The position numbers were made by a program, and so were the translations under genes. The notes under the pieces are model-generated. The model had not been told where the DNA came from, did not search any database, and worked only from the letters and a program-made list of their open reading frames with translations. Shown piece by piece: positions 1 to 10,129 of a stretch of 64,000 nucleotides of DNA. This DNA comes from Elusimicrobiales bacterium (GTDB lineage: Bacteria; Elusimicrobiota; Elusimicrobia; Elusimicrobiales; UBA9959). The stretch covers positions 228 to 64,227 of the forward strand of contig JAOAEH010000029.1 of NCBI GenBank assembly GCA_026416895.1. Reading direction: 5' to 3'. Position 1 is the stretch's first letter, and every line of letters starts with the position of its first letter.

Positions 1-203
1 ATCCAGAAGGGATTTTAGTAAGTTCAGAAATAAACTTAAATAATGTTGGAAGAAATATGAAGGAACTTGTAAGAAAAATAAAAGCCTTCATTCATTGTTA
101 CCAAAATCCTGGTGAGGTTTGTCCAGCTAAATGGGAACCTGGGAAGAAAACATTAAAACCATCTGAAAAAATGGTTGGCAAAGTATATGAACATATAAAA
201 TAA
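1..203 (+). CDS. 3' end of a typical 2-Cys peroxiredoxin (AhpC/TSA family), 5'-truncated by the window edge
   Basis: Frame 3 reads ...PEGILVSSEINLNNVGRNMKELVRKIKAFIHCYQNPGEVCPAKWEPGKKTLKPSEKMVGKVYEHIK, stop TAA at 201-203. The GEVCPAKWxPG..TLKPS tail with the resolving Cys is characteristic of 2-Cys peroxiredoxin C-termini. Confidence 0.75.
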   Translation, partial: PEGILVSSEINLNNVGRNMKELVRKIKAFIHCYQNPGEVCPAKWEPGKKTLKPSEKMVGKVYEHIK

Positions 204-228
204 TTATATAAAAGCGAATGAACCCCCA

Positions 229-267
229 CCTCGCTTTCTATTAACCTAGAAAGCGAGGTTTAATTTT
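229..267 (+). terminator. Rho-independent terminator of the peroxiredoxin gene
   Basis: Perfect 10-bp inverted repeat cctcgctttc (229-238) / gaaagcgagg (249-258) with a 10-nt loop, followed by tttaatttt. Confidence 0.8.
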
Positions 268-330
268 AACTTTCTATTTCTACTTATCACACAAAATTTT
301 ATATAATTTATAAGGTGGGGACATTCAATA

Positions 331-3300
331 ATGTTGGAGAGTAAGGTATCTAAATTTTTAAAGACTCTTTTAGATCAAAAAATAAATAATTTTATTTCTT
401 TATTTCAAAAAATTATAGATTTTCTTGAAAAAGAAGCTTTCTTGGACTCATATTTCATACTCAAAATTGAAAAAAATAATTTCAATAAAGTTATTAGCAA
501 AAATATTAAAAAAGATTTTGCTTATAAAATATTAAATCAAGTTAATAAACTCAAAAACAAAGATCTGATTATATTAAAAAAGAAAAACAAAATTTTTATT
601 TGTTTTAAATTTGAAACACATTATAAAGATAATTTTTTTTGCATATTTTCTTTTGCTAAAAGTACAAATATTTCTCTGATTGAAAATATATCTAATTTCA
701 TTAAAAATATACTTCCAATCTTATCCACAACAATATTTTTTAATTCTTTGAAAAATAGTTCTATTGTATCCTATGCACTTCACAAAATGATATACGATAA
801 AAACGGAAAACCTTTTGATTATGAATTTGTAGATATAAACAAATCATTTCAACTGATGACAGGTTTAAAAAGAAAAAATATAATAGGTAAAACTGTAAGG
901 GAATTAATAAAAGGAATTGAAAAAGAGAAGTTTATAGAAACATATGGTTATACACTAAAAAAACAAAAAGAGCTAGTTTTTGAAAGTTTTTCTGCTAAAT
1001 TAAACCGCCATTACTTAATCAATTTCAAACCTATTGATAAGGAATTTTTTATAACTCTATTTTATGACATAACTGAGTTTAAAAAATCACAACAACGTGA
1101 ATTAGATTTTTATAAATGGTACCAAAATACATTTGAACTAAGTAAAGCAATTAAGCTTATAATAGATCCAGAAAATGGAAAAATAGTTGATTCAAATAAA
1201 GCAGCAACAAAATTCTATGGTTACACTAAAAAAGAATTACTAAAAATGAAAATATCAGATATAAACATATTAGGAAAAGATGCTTTTAAAGATATAAAAA
1301 AAGTATTAAATGGCTATACTAGTTCTTTTGATTTTATACATCGATTAAAAAACGGAGAAATTAGAAATGTTAGAGTTTATCCAAGCATAATTGAAAAAGA
1401 AGGAAAAAAATATATTTATTCAATAATATTTGATGTCACAGATGAAACAGAATCTAAAAAGAAAATAGAAATGTTAATTTCAATAATGGATAATTCCTTA
1501 GATGAATTTTATATGCTTGATTCAGAAAGTTTTAAATTTTTACACGTCAATCAAACTGCAGCAAAAAATCTAGGATATACTAAAGATGAACTTCTTTCAA
1601 TGACTCCCTCTGATATAGCACCTGAATACAATACAAAAAAATTGAAAGAACTATTTAAACAATTTAAAGAAGATAAAATTAATTCAAAATCCATAATAAC
1701 TTTTCACAAAAGAAAGGATAGTTCAATTTATCCAGTTAAAGTTAATCTAACAAAAAATTTTTTTGAAAATAAATTATATTTCTTTGCGGTAGTTGAAGAT
1801 ATAACTGAAGAATTAAAAAAGAAAAATGAATTAGAATTAATGACAAGACTCTACTCTACACTTTCACAGGCAAATCAAATCATAGTGAAATCAAAAGATG
1901 AAAAATCACTATTAAATGGAATCACAAGAGTATTAGTGGAAAAAGGTAAATTTAGTATATCTTTTATATTAAAAAACAACAATGGTAAACCAGAAATATT
2001 TTCTTTTTATGGATGTAGAGAAAAAGATATAAAAACTTTCATAAAAGAAATTTTCATAAAAAAGGATAAAAAACTAGCTACATTTAAATCTTTTCAGTTA
2101 GGAATAACAACAATAGACAATAAATATTTTAAAAAAACAAAGGAAATAAAAATTTTTAAAAGATTTAATGTTAAAAGTGTTTTTTCCGCTCCAATTAAGC
2201 TTAATTCAAAAAAACAGTATACTATAACAATATATTCTGATAAAGAAAATTTTTTTACAAAAGAAGTAGTTAATTTACTTAAAGAATTATGTGGTGACAT
2301 AAAATATGCTTTATCAAAATTAGAATTCGAAGAAAGACTTTCCGAAAGTGAAAAAAAATACAAAGCTATATTTGAAAACTCAAGCGCTGCAATGTGTATT
2401 GACGAAGTAATATATGATAATAAAAATAATCCAATTGACTATGTAATACTAGATATAAATAAAGCATTTGAGAAGATAACAGGATTTAAGAAAAAAGACA
2501 TTATTGGTAAAACCTCTGCTGAAGTTTATAAAACAAAAAATCCACTTATAAATAAATTTTTTGATATAGTTAAAAACAAAACAACTTTTTCTCATGAATT
2601 ATACTTTTCCCCATTTTCAAAATATATAAATATAAGTGCAAGTAGTTTTGGAGATAGATTTTTTTCTACAGTTTTTACAGACGTAACTGAAAGATATAAT
2701 TATTCATATTCGTTAGAAAAAATAACAAAAATTATTTCTTCTATTAAAGATATCTCAAAAGAAAGTATAAAAAAATTGTTTGAATTGTTTAAAGATATTT
2801 TAAATACAGCCTTTTCTGGAATAATTAGTTATGATGATGGAAAATTAGAATATATATTTAAAGATGGCAATATTAATGAAGATTTTTATCAAAACAAAAT
2901 TTTAAATTTTTTAAATAAAGATAAATCAGATTTTTTCATTGATGACAAAAATAATTATCTCATAATAATATCACAAATTAATGCTACTCAAAAAACATAT
3001 ATTATATTATTTTGGAAAGAAAAACCCAAAAATATAAATCAAACAATTACTCTTACAAAAATAATAATAACCTTAATAAAAAATGAAAATGAAAGATTAG
3101 AAAACAAAAATAATCTTCTTATCACTAACCAAAAATACCAAAAACTTGTTAATAATCAGATAGATCCTGTTTGCTTATGGAAACCAAATACAGAAATAGT
3201 TATATCAAATTCTTCCTACAACAACATACATGGTTCTGATATAGTTGGGAAAAAATGGATTGATTTTGTTCCAGATGATTATAAAAGTTATGTAAGAGAA

Positions 3301-4995
3301 AAAATTGAAAAGGTTATAAAATATAAAAAACCATTAAAATATGAACATCCTACTTTAACTAATAATAATCAATTAAAATGGTTCGAATGGATAGATAATC
3401 CTATATTAGACGAAAACAACAATGTAATTTTTATTCAGTCAACAGGAAGAGATATAACTGACAAAAAAAACTATGAAGATGAACTTTTAAAACTTAAAAC
3501 AGTAGTTGAGCAAGCCCCAATTGAAATAATAATAACTGATAAAGAAGGAAATATAGAATATGTCAATCCATATTTTGAGGAAGTAACCGGATATAGTAAA
3601 GATGAAGTTATAGGCAAAAATCCAAAAATATTAAAGAGTGGAAAACACGACCAAAATTATTACGAAAAAATGTGGAATACTATAAAATCAGGTAAAACTT
3701 TTAAGGATATAATAATAAACAAAAGAAAAGATAATTCTTTGCTAACAGAATATATAATAATATCACCTCTCAAAAACAATAAAGGTGAAATAACACATTT
3801 TGTTGGAATAAAAAGAGATATTACAAAAGAAATAGAAGAAGAAAAAGCAAAAGAACATTCTCAACGCATGGAATTAATCGGTACATTAGCTGGAAGTATA
3901 GCACATGATTTTAATAACATACTTGTATCAATTATGGGAAATGCAGAGATTTTATTAAGAGAATTAAAAAAAGAAGATAAAAAAACAGAATACATCTTAG
4001 ATATACTTAACTCATCACAAAAAGCTTCTTCTTTAATTAAAAACTTGCTACATTTCTCTAAAAAACAACCTTTAGATATACAAGTTATTAATATAACTAA
4101 TTTAATAAATTCATCCAAAAATATGCTTTCAAGATTATTAGGTGAAAAATGGGAATTAAGATTTTTTTGCCCAGATTATGAATTATTAATAAAAGGAGAC
4201 ATTAATTCACTCACTCAAGTTCTAATAAATCTTGTAATAAATGCAAAGGATGCTATGCCAAATGGAGGGACAATAGAGATAGGATGCTTTAAAGAATACC
4301 TAAATAACGATAATTTCTTCGAAAATTTTAAAATAAAAAGAGGTAGTTATGCTGTTTTTTATGTAAGAGATTATGGAGTTGGAATAGATGAAAGCATAAA
4401 AGATAAAATTTTTAATCCTTTTTTTACAACAAAGGAGTTTGGAACAGGTTTAGGCTTATCAACAGTTTATTCTATTATTAAAAGACATATGGGTTATATT
4501 ACCTTCAAAAGTGAAAAAGGGAAGGGAACTGAATTTAGAGTATATTTGCCTATTTTTGAAAATTTTAATAATAATTCAAATGAAACAATTATTAACAAAA
4601 AAGATAAAACAACTGAAATTAAAAAAATAAATATAATATTTGTTGATGATGATGAAGGTGTGAGAAAGATTGCTGAAAAAATTTTTAAAATTCTAAACTT
4701 AGATGTTATTATATTCGATGACCCTTCTGCTGCAATAGAATACATAGAAAAAAATAACATAACTGTTGATTTACTAATTACCGATATTATAATGAAAACT
4801 ATGAATGGTAAAAAATTTGTAGATTATTTGATTCAAAAAGGTTTATTAAAAAAATATATATTTATATCAGGATATAGTGACGATATAATAGACAACGAAG
4901 GAATAAACAAAGTCTCAGAAAATATTATTTATAAACCATTCAAAATAAATGAAATCAAGAAAAAAATAGATGAACTTCTAAAAGATATAAAATAA
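331..4995 (+). CDS. Large multi-PAS hybrid sensor histidine kinase (PAS repeats, GAF-like segment, HisKA, HATPase_c, C-terminal receiver)
   Basis: 1554-aa ORF preceded by SD aaggtgggg (312-320). Several PAS-like blocks are present. H-box ELIGTLAGSIAHDFNNIL, N-box LINLVINAKDAMPNGG, G-boxes DYGVGID / GTGLGLS, then REC (IIFVDDDEG...LLITDIIM...YKPF). No Hpt domain. Confidence 0.9.
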   Translation: MLESKVSKFLKTLLDQKINNFISLFQKIIDFLEKEAFLDSYFILKIEKNNFNKVISKNIKKDFAYKILNQVNKLKNKDLIILKKKNKIFICFKFETHYKDNFFCIFSFAKSTNISLIENISNFIKNILPILSTTIFFNSLKNSSIVSYALHKMIYDKNGKPFDYEFVDINKSFQLMTGLKRKNIIGKTVRELIKGIEKEKFIETYGYTLKKQKELVFESFSAKLNRHYLINFKPIDKEFFITLFYDITEFKKSQQRELDFYKWYQNTFELSKAIKLIIDPENGKIVDSNKAATKFYGYTKKELLKMKISDINILGKDAFKDIKKVLNGYTSSFDFIHRLKNGEIRNVRVYPSIIEKEGKKYIYSIIFDVTDETESKKKIEMLISIMDNSLDEFYMLDSESFKFLHVNQTAAKNLGYTKDELLSMTPSDIAPEYNTKKLKELFKQFKEDKINSKSIITFHKRKDSSIYPVKVNLTKNFFENKLYFFAVVEDITEELKKKNELELMTRLYSTLSQANQIIVKSKDEKSLLNGITRVLVEKGKFSISFILKNNNGKPEIFSFYGCREKDIKTFIKEIFIKKDKKLATFKSFQLGITTIDNKYFKKTKEIKIFKRFNVKSVFSAPIKLNSKKQYTITIYSDKENFFTKEVVNLLKELCGDIKYALSKLEFEERLSESEKKYKAIFENSSAAMCIDEVIYDNKNNPIDYVILDINKAFEKITGFKKKDIIGKTSAEVYKTKNPLINKFFDIVKNKTTFSHELYFSPFSKYINISASSFGDRFFSTVFTDVTERYNYSYSLEKITKIISSIKDISKESIKKLFELFKDILNTAFSGIISYDDGKLEYIFKDGNINEDFYQNKILNFLNKDKSDFFIDDKNNYLIIISQINATQKTYIILFWKEKPKNINQTITLTKIIITLIKNENERLENKNNLLITNQKYQKLVNNQIDPVCLWKPNTEIVISNSSYNNIHGSDIVGKKWIDFVPDDYKSYVREKIEKVIKYKKPLKYEHPTLTNNNQLKWFEWIDNPILDENNNVIFIQSTGRDITDKKNYEDELLKLKTVVEQAPIEIIITDKEGNIEYVNPYFEEVTGYSKDEVIGKNPKILKSGKHDQNYYEKMWNTIKSGKTFKDIIINKRKDNSLLTEYIIISPLKNNKGEITHFVGIKRDITKEIEEEKAKEHSQRMELIGTLAGSIAHDFNNILVSIMGNAEILLRELKKEDKKTEYILDILNSSQKASSLIKNLLHFSKKQPLDIQVINITNLINSSKNMLSRLLGEKWELRFFCPDYELLIKGDINSLTQVLINLVINAKDAMPNGGTIEIGCFKEYLNNDNFFENFKIKRGSYAVFYVRDYGVGIDESIKDKIFNPFFTTKEFGTGLGLSTVYSIIKRHMGYITFKSEKGKGTEFRVYLPIFENFNNNSNETIINKKDKTTEIKKINIIFVDDDEGVRKIAEKIFKILNLDVIIFDDPSAAIEYIEKNNITVDLLITDIIMKTMNGKKFVDYLIQKGLLKKYIFISGYSDDIIDNEGINKVSENIIYKPFKINEIKKKIDELLKDIK

Positions 4996-5053
4996 AAGCT
5001 CAAAAAAAAATCAATTTTCTAAAAATTCACTTTAATATATCTGATAAATTATT

Positions 5054-6703
5054 TTGAGTATGTTTAATACTTCACTCAATTGTTATAAATGTAAAATAGA
5101 AAAATTAAATCTCTTAATTAAACTTGAAAAAGAAAATGTTGAAAAAGAAAATATATTAAAAATACTAGGAGTTTCAAAGGATTTAATAAAAACAAGCATG
5201 TCTCTTAATAAAAAAACAGAAAATAAAAAAGATAAAAATTATATAAGCGAAATAAAAATACTAAAAAAATATTTTGAAATTTATTTTTATCCTATTTGTG
5301 TATGTGACATAAATGGGAACATTATAATTTACAATAAAATGTTTAATAATGAACTTTTAAACAATAAATCCCAAAACAGCAATTTAAATATAAATGAAAT
5401 AATTCCAGAAATAAAGTTTATCACAAATAAAATTGACAGAACAATAAAATTTGAAATACAAAGAGAAATAAACAATAACAAAAAAATATTCAATGTTAAA
5501 GTTGATTCAGTATTAATAGATAATTTAATGAGAAACATATTTTTCTTTGAAGATATAACTGAAGAAAAAATAATGCAGGAAAAATATTTTCATGCTCAAA
5601 AAATGGAAGCTATCGGAAGACTAGCAAGTGGTATTGCACATGACTTTAATAATATCTTAGGTGTTATTATGGGATATTCTACATTTATTTTAGAAAACAT
5701 TGATGACAATTTCCCTTACAAACAAGATATTGAAGAAATCGTAAAAGCAGCAGAAAGAGCAGGACAACTTACTAAACACATTCTCTCTTTTTCACGTAAA
5801 CAACCTCTTGATAAAAAATTTATAAAAATATCAGAATTCATTAAGTCAGTTGAGAAGATAATAAAAAGAATAGTAGGAGAAAATATTGAAATTATTATGA
5901 ATTTGGAAGCCAAAAAGGATGAAATTTTAATGAACGATACTGAACTTGAACAAATATTATTTAATTTATTAATAAATTCCAAAGATGCAATGCCAAACGG
6001 TGGTAAGATAAAAATTTCTACTTATAATTCTAAGGTAGAAAATTGTGAATTCATAACAATTTCTATCGAGGATAATGGTAAAGGAATGGATGAGGAAACA
6101 AAGAAAAAAATTTTTAAACCTTTTTTTACAACAAAAGAAAAAGGTAAAGGGACAGGTTTAGGTTTAACCACTGTCTTTAATATAGTTAAAAAATATAAAG
6201 GGAAAATCGATTTTGAAAGTAAATTAAATAAAGGGACAAAATTTATGATTCATCTACCAATTCTTTGTGAAGAAAAAAAAGTAAAAATTATATGCTTAGA
6301 ACAATCTGCAGTTTATGAAAAAGGAAACGGTGAAAATATTCTTCTTGTTGATGATGAAATAGATCTCCTAAAAATCAATAAAAGATTTCTAGAAGAAAAT
6401 GGTTATAAAGTATTAATAGCATCAAATATAGCCCAAGCTAAGGAAATAATCACAAAAAATAAAGATATTGAAATTATAATTATAGATTTAGTTTTACCTG
6501 ATGGAAATGCAGTAGATTTTATAAATTCTTTAAATAATAATAATATAAATTTCATAATAACAAGTGGATATCTTGATTGCGAAAATCAAAAGAAAATAAT
6601 AGAAACCAATTACATTTTTCTTCCAAAACCTTATAGTGCAAAAGATTTATTTAAGTTTATAAATAACTTAATTCACCAAAAAAAGAATAGTCTTGCTAAA
6701 TGA
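5054..6703 (+). CDS. Hybrid sensor histidine kinase (PAS, HisKA, HATPase_c, receiver)
   Basis: H-box MEAIGRLASGIAHDFNNIL, NLLINSKDAMPNGG, EDNGKGMD, GTGLGL, then REC (ILLVDDEID...IIIDLVLPDGN...LPKPY). Start is TTG 5054 or ATG 5060. Confidence 0.9.
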   Translation: MSMFNTSLNCYKCKIEKLNLLIKLEKENVEKENILKILGVSKDLIKTSMSLNKKTENKKDKNYISEIKILKKYFEIYFYPICVCDINGNIIIYNKMFNNELLNNKSQNSNLNINEIIPEIKFITNKIDRTIKFEIQREINNNKKIFNVKVDSVLIDNLMRNIFFFEDITEEKIMQEKYFHAQKMEAIGRLASGIAHDFNNILGVIMGYSTFILENIDDNFPYKQDIEEIVKAAERAGQLTKHILSFSRKQPLDKKFIKISEFIKSVEKIIKRIVGENIEIIMNLEAKKDEILMNDTELEQILFNLLINSKDAMPNGGKIKISTYNSKVENCEFITISIEDNGKGMDEETKKKIFKPFFTTKEKGKGTGLGLTTVFNIVKKYKGKIDFESKLNKGTKFMIHLPILCEEKKVKIICLEQSAVYEKGNGENILLVDDEIDLLKINKRFLEENGYKVLIASNIAQAKEIITKNKDIEIIIIDLVLPDGNAVDFINSLNNNNINFIITSGYLDCENQKKIIETNYIFLPKPYSAKDLFKFINNLIHQKKNSLAK

Positions 6704-6713
6704 AGTTAGAAAA

Positions 6714-7013
6714 ATGAATAAAAATAAAACTAAAATAGTATTGTTTGAAAAAAATAATTTTTATCTATACTATATAGAAAAAATATTAAAAAAGCTTAAA
6801 TATAAAATCTTATTTAAAAAAAAATTTCCAAACAATATAAAAGGAGATATATTTATAATTTCTTCATACTTTATAGATAATATGGTTAAAAATAATTCAT
6901 ATTCAGATTATTTTTTAGTATTAAATAGAAAAAATAATAAATTTATTATAATATCTAAATTTGAAAAACCGAAAATTATATACAAAAAATTGCTAAGCAT
7001 ATGCAGGAGTTAA
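6714..7013 (+). CDS. Small hypothetical protein, possible degenerate (pseudo-)receiver fold
   Basis: The ORF track gives 6693-7013; the ATG at 6714 (MNKNKTKIVLFEKNN...) is the more likely start. It shows a beta-alpha alternation like REC and a late KP motif (FEKPKIIYKKLL), but lacks the acidic pocket and the phospho-Asp. Weak call. Confidence 0.4.
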   Translation: MNKNKTKIVLFEKNNFYLYYIEKILKKLKYKILFKKKFPNNIKGDIFIISSYFIDNMVKNNSYSDYFLVLNRKNNKFIIISKFEKPKIIYKKLLSICRS

Positions 7014-8047
7014 ATTCTTTTTCTCTCTTTATAAATTTTTGCAATTAAAACAGCAACAGCTTTATAAAAAATTGGATTTATTTCCTCTCCTACATCACAC
7101 ATTTTATATATTGCTCTTGCTAAAGGAGGCTCTCTTTTTACAGGTATTCCATTTTTATATGCAATATCTATTATTTTTAAAGCAAGCTTATCTTTACCTT
7201 TTGCAACTAATACTGGAGTTTTATCAAAAGGTGGTTTATATCTTAAAGCAACAGCAAAATGAGTAGGATTTGTAATAACAACTGATGATTCCTTTACTTG
7301 AGATATCTTGTTTCTTTTTGTAAATTCTCTCATCATTCTTCTAATTTTACCTTTTACAAGAGGATTCCCTTCCATTTCTTTATACTCTTCTTTAACTTCC
7401 TGTTTAGTCATTTTTATTCTCTTGTTGTAAACATAAAATTGATATACTAAATCTAAAAATGAAAACCCAAAAAGAATAATTAATAATTTTAGAGTTATCT
7501 CTTTTATATTTTGATTTAAAAATATTAAATTTTTATAAAAACTTCCATTTAATAAATTAAATGAAGACGAAATTTTTTCTATTAATATATGGTATATTAA
7601 AAAAAATATAAAAAAAACTTTAAGTATATTTTTAATAACTTCAAAAAGTTTACTTAAACTAAATAAATCTTTAATATTTTTCAAAGGATTAAATCTTTCA
7701 AAAGAAATTTTTGGTTTTGTTAATACTATACCAGAAGGGATTAAAAAACTAATCATTGATACTAAAACTATTCCTAAACCTATTGGTAGAAAAGAAAATA
7801 AGAATATCTTTAATATATTATTTATAAGAATATTTAGATCTAAATCTATATAACTAAATGAAAAAAAATATCTAAAACTTTCTTTTATATAATTTGTAGG
7901 ATATTTGCTAATTAAAAAAAATAAATAAAAAGACAAAAAAAAAGCTAAAGAAACACTAAAATCATAACTTCTTAATACATCACCTCTTTTTCTTAGCTCT
8001 GATAATCTTTTACCAGTAGGTTTTTCTGTTTTTTCTTGAAAACTCAT
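7010..8047 (-). CDS. flhB: Flagellar type III export apparatus switch protein FlhB
   Basis: N-terminus MSFQEKTEKPTGKRLSELRKRGDV, four TM segments, NPTH autocleavage motif (VITNPTHFAVALRY), C-terminal LARAIY. Confidence 0.95.
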   Translation of the reverse strand: MSFQEKTEKPTGKRLSELRKRGDVLRSYDFSVSLAFFLSFYLFFLISKYPTNYIKESFRYFFSFSYIDLDLNILINNILKIFLFSFLPIGLGIVLVSMISFLIPSGIVLTKPKISFERFNPLKNIKDLFSLSKLFEVIKNILKVFFIFFLIYHILIEKISSSFNLLNGSFYKNLIFLNQNIKEITLKLLIILFGFSFLDLVYQFYVYNKRIKMTKQEVKEEYKEMEGNPLVKGKIRRMMREFTKRNKISQVKESSVVITNPTHFAVALRYKPPFDKTPVLVAKGKDKLALKIIDIAYKNGIPVKREPPLARAIYKMCDVGEEINPIFYKAVAVLIAKIYKERKRI

Positions 8048-8778
8048 ATCTTTGAAAAAATATAATTTATCTGATTAGATAAGTCAAAAAACACATTTTC
8101 TGATATTTTGTAAAAAAAGCTAATAAACATAAAAACACATATCATAGCTATAATAAATCTTGAAGGCTGACCTATTATCATAAAATTCAAAGTTGGCATA
8201 ATTTTTGATAAAATTCCTATAACAATCTCACTTATTAAACTACAAAAAATTATTGGAATTGAAAATTTTATTCCAAGCATGAAAAAATAAATAAAACTTT
8301 CAATTGGAATATAAATAATATTTTCAAATGATATTTTTTGAGGTTGAATTATCTCAAAACTTTTTGCAAAAACTTTTATTAAATATAAATGTCCATCAAT
8401 GCACAAAAATATTAATATAGCAACTGTGTTAAAAAAACTTGAAAAAACTGTTGTGTGTTCAGGATTTAGTGGATCAGCAACTCTATTCATCATCATACCT
8501 GATTGAAAATCTAAAATTATTCCCAATAAAGAAAAAACATAAACCGATAATTTAACAACAAAACCCAATATCATACCTAATAAAATCTCGCATAATATAA
8601 TAGTCAACTTGAATTCATATTTAGCAATATAATTTGATAATATCAATGAAAGAGAAATCGCAAAAATCGTTTTTAATTTATAATTTTGATATGGAAAAGG
8701 TATTGGAGAAAAAAACAAAAATCCAAAAATTCTTGGAAGAGGTATCAATAATAAAGTTATATAATTTACATCCGGCAT
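8044..8778 (-). CDS. fliR: Flagellar export apparatus protein FliR
   Basis: 244-aa polytopic membrane protein between fliQ and flhB, overlapping both by 4 or more nt. Confidence 0.85.
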   Translation of the reverse strand: MPDVNYITLLLIPLPRIFGFLFFSPIPFPYQNYKLKTIFAISLSLILSNYIAKYEFKLTIILCEILLGMILGFVVKLSVYVFSLLGIILDFQSGMMMNRVADPLNPEHTTVFSSFFNTVAILIFLCIDGHLYLIKVFAKSFEIIQPQKISFENIIYIPIESFIYFFMLGIKFSIPIIFCSLISEIVIGILSKIMPTLNFMIIGQPSRFIIAMICVFMFISFFYKISENVFFDLSNQINYIFSKI

Positions 8779-9041
8779 GTTTTAGGTATAAGATAAAAAA
8801 AATCGGAAAAAAGAATAATCAATTGTTCAAGAACTATCTTTCCAAACAAAAAAACTAAAACAATCATTACAAAAATTTTGGGGACAAAAGAAACAGATGC
8901 ATCTTGAATATGTGTAACTGTTTGAAATATTCCTATAGCAAGTCCAACTAAAACTGACGTAATCAAAAAAGGCAAAGAAATTTTCATAGTAACTGTTAAT
9001 GCGTATTTTATTAATGATAAAAATGCTATTGATTCACTCAT
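8766..9041 (-). CDS. fliQ: Flagellar export apparatus protein FliQ
   Basis: Two-TM protein (MSESIAFLSLIKYALTVTMKISLPFLITSVLVGLAIGIFQTVTHIQDASVSFVPKI...). The internal ATG at 9041 overlaps the fliP stop (9038) in ATGA fashion, so I trimmed the ORF-track start (9080). Confidence 0.85.
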   Translation of the reverse strand: MSESIAFLSLIKYALTVTMKISLPFLITSVLVGLAIGIFQTVTHIQDASVSFVPKIFVMIVLVFLFGKIVLEQLIILFSDFFYLIPKTCRM

Positions 9042-10129
9042 ATAAAACTTTTGTAAACTCCCTCCAATATTAATCTCCAACCATCAACCATAACAAATAT
9101 CAAAATTTTAACTGGAACAGATATCATAGCAGGAGGTAACATAATCATCCCCATAGACATAAGTATTGAAGATATCAATAAATCTATCACAACAAAAGGT
9201 ATGTATATCATAACTCCTATTTTAAAAGCTTTTTTAATTTCACTACATACAAAAGCAGGAATTAAAACTGAAAAAGGAACGGTTTGTGAATCTTTTATTT
9301 TTGATATTTCTATAAAAGTTTTTAACTCTTTTTCACCTGTATGTTTAATTAAAAAGGGAGTTATTATTTTTTTGCTTTCTTCAATCATTTGAGAATGTCT
9401 TATTTTTCCTTCTATATATGGTTTAAATACTTTTTCTGATAATAAATCTATTTCCTCCCTCATTATAAAAAATGACATAAATATACTCAATGCTGTAATT
9501 ATCTGGTTTGATGGAACCGACGGTAATCCTATAGCATGTCTTAGTATTGAAAGGGAAATAACAATCCTGGTGAATGGAGTTAGCATCAAAATTAAAGCAG
9601 GTGAAATAGCAAGCAAACTTATCAAAATAAATATATGTAGAAAGGAAGAGTTAGATGATATACTTTGTTCAAAATTATAAGCAAAACAATTTTCTAAACT
9701 AAATACAATCAAAAATATTAAAATTAAACTTATTCCTATATACTTTGAGTTCATAATTTCTTTCAAATATTTATCTACATTGTAATTTATTATTTTGTCA
9801 TTTTTTCTTATTTTACTTTTATTTTTTTCAACTAAAAAGGAATGATTTAATGAACTAAATATCAAATATTCATTTTCTTTAAATTCAACCAAGATAAGTT
9901 TTGAATTTTTATCAATATTTAAAATTGATTTTAATTTTATCTCTTGTTTCTTCTTCAAAATATCAAGCTGGTTTTTAAAAATTTTTTTATAAATTATAAA
10001 AATCCCAATTATTAGCAAAAATATATTAAAATAAATATTAAATTCTTTTTTAAACACTACAAACTCATTCAAAAATAAGATTAAACTTATTAAAGTAAAA
10101 ATTGAAAAAAACAGAAAAACTTTTTTCAT
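9038..10129 (-). CDS. fliP: FliO-FliP fusion: FliO-like N-terminal module joined to flagellar export gate protein FliP
   Basis: The C-terminal ~240 aa is FliP (LMLTPFTRIVISLSILRHAIGLPSVPSNQIITALSIFMSFFIM...MGMIMLPPAMISVPVKILIFVMVDGW). The N-terminal ~120 aa has TM helices followed by KLILVEFKENEYLIFSS..FLVEK, the FliO-type pattern. ATG 10129 overlaps the fliN stop as ATGA. Confidence 0.85.
   Translation of the reverse strand: MKKVFLFFSIFTLISLILFLNEFVVFKKEFNIYFNIFLLIIGIFIIYKKIFKNQLDILKKKQEIKLKSILNIDKNSKLILVEFKENEYLIFSSLNHSFLVEKNKSKIRKNDKIINYNVDKYLKEIMNSKYIGISLILIFLIVFSLENCFAYNFEQSISSNSSFLHIFILISLLAISPALILMLTPFTRIVISLSILRHAIGLPSVPSNQIITALSIFMSFFIMREEIDLLSEKVFKPYIEGKIRHSQMIEESKKIITPFLIKHTGEKELKTFIEISKIKDSQTVPFSVLIPAFVCSEIKKAFKIGVMIYIPFVVIDLLISSILMSMGMIMLPPAMISVPVKILIFVMVDGWRLILEGVYKSFI

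Noticed and set aside
279-307. Sigma-70 promoter for the 1554-aa kinase based on TATAAT at 302-307.
   Set aside because: No acceptable -35 lies at 16-18 nt spacing (tctact), and TATAAT-like hexamers are abundant in this composition.
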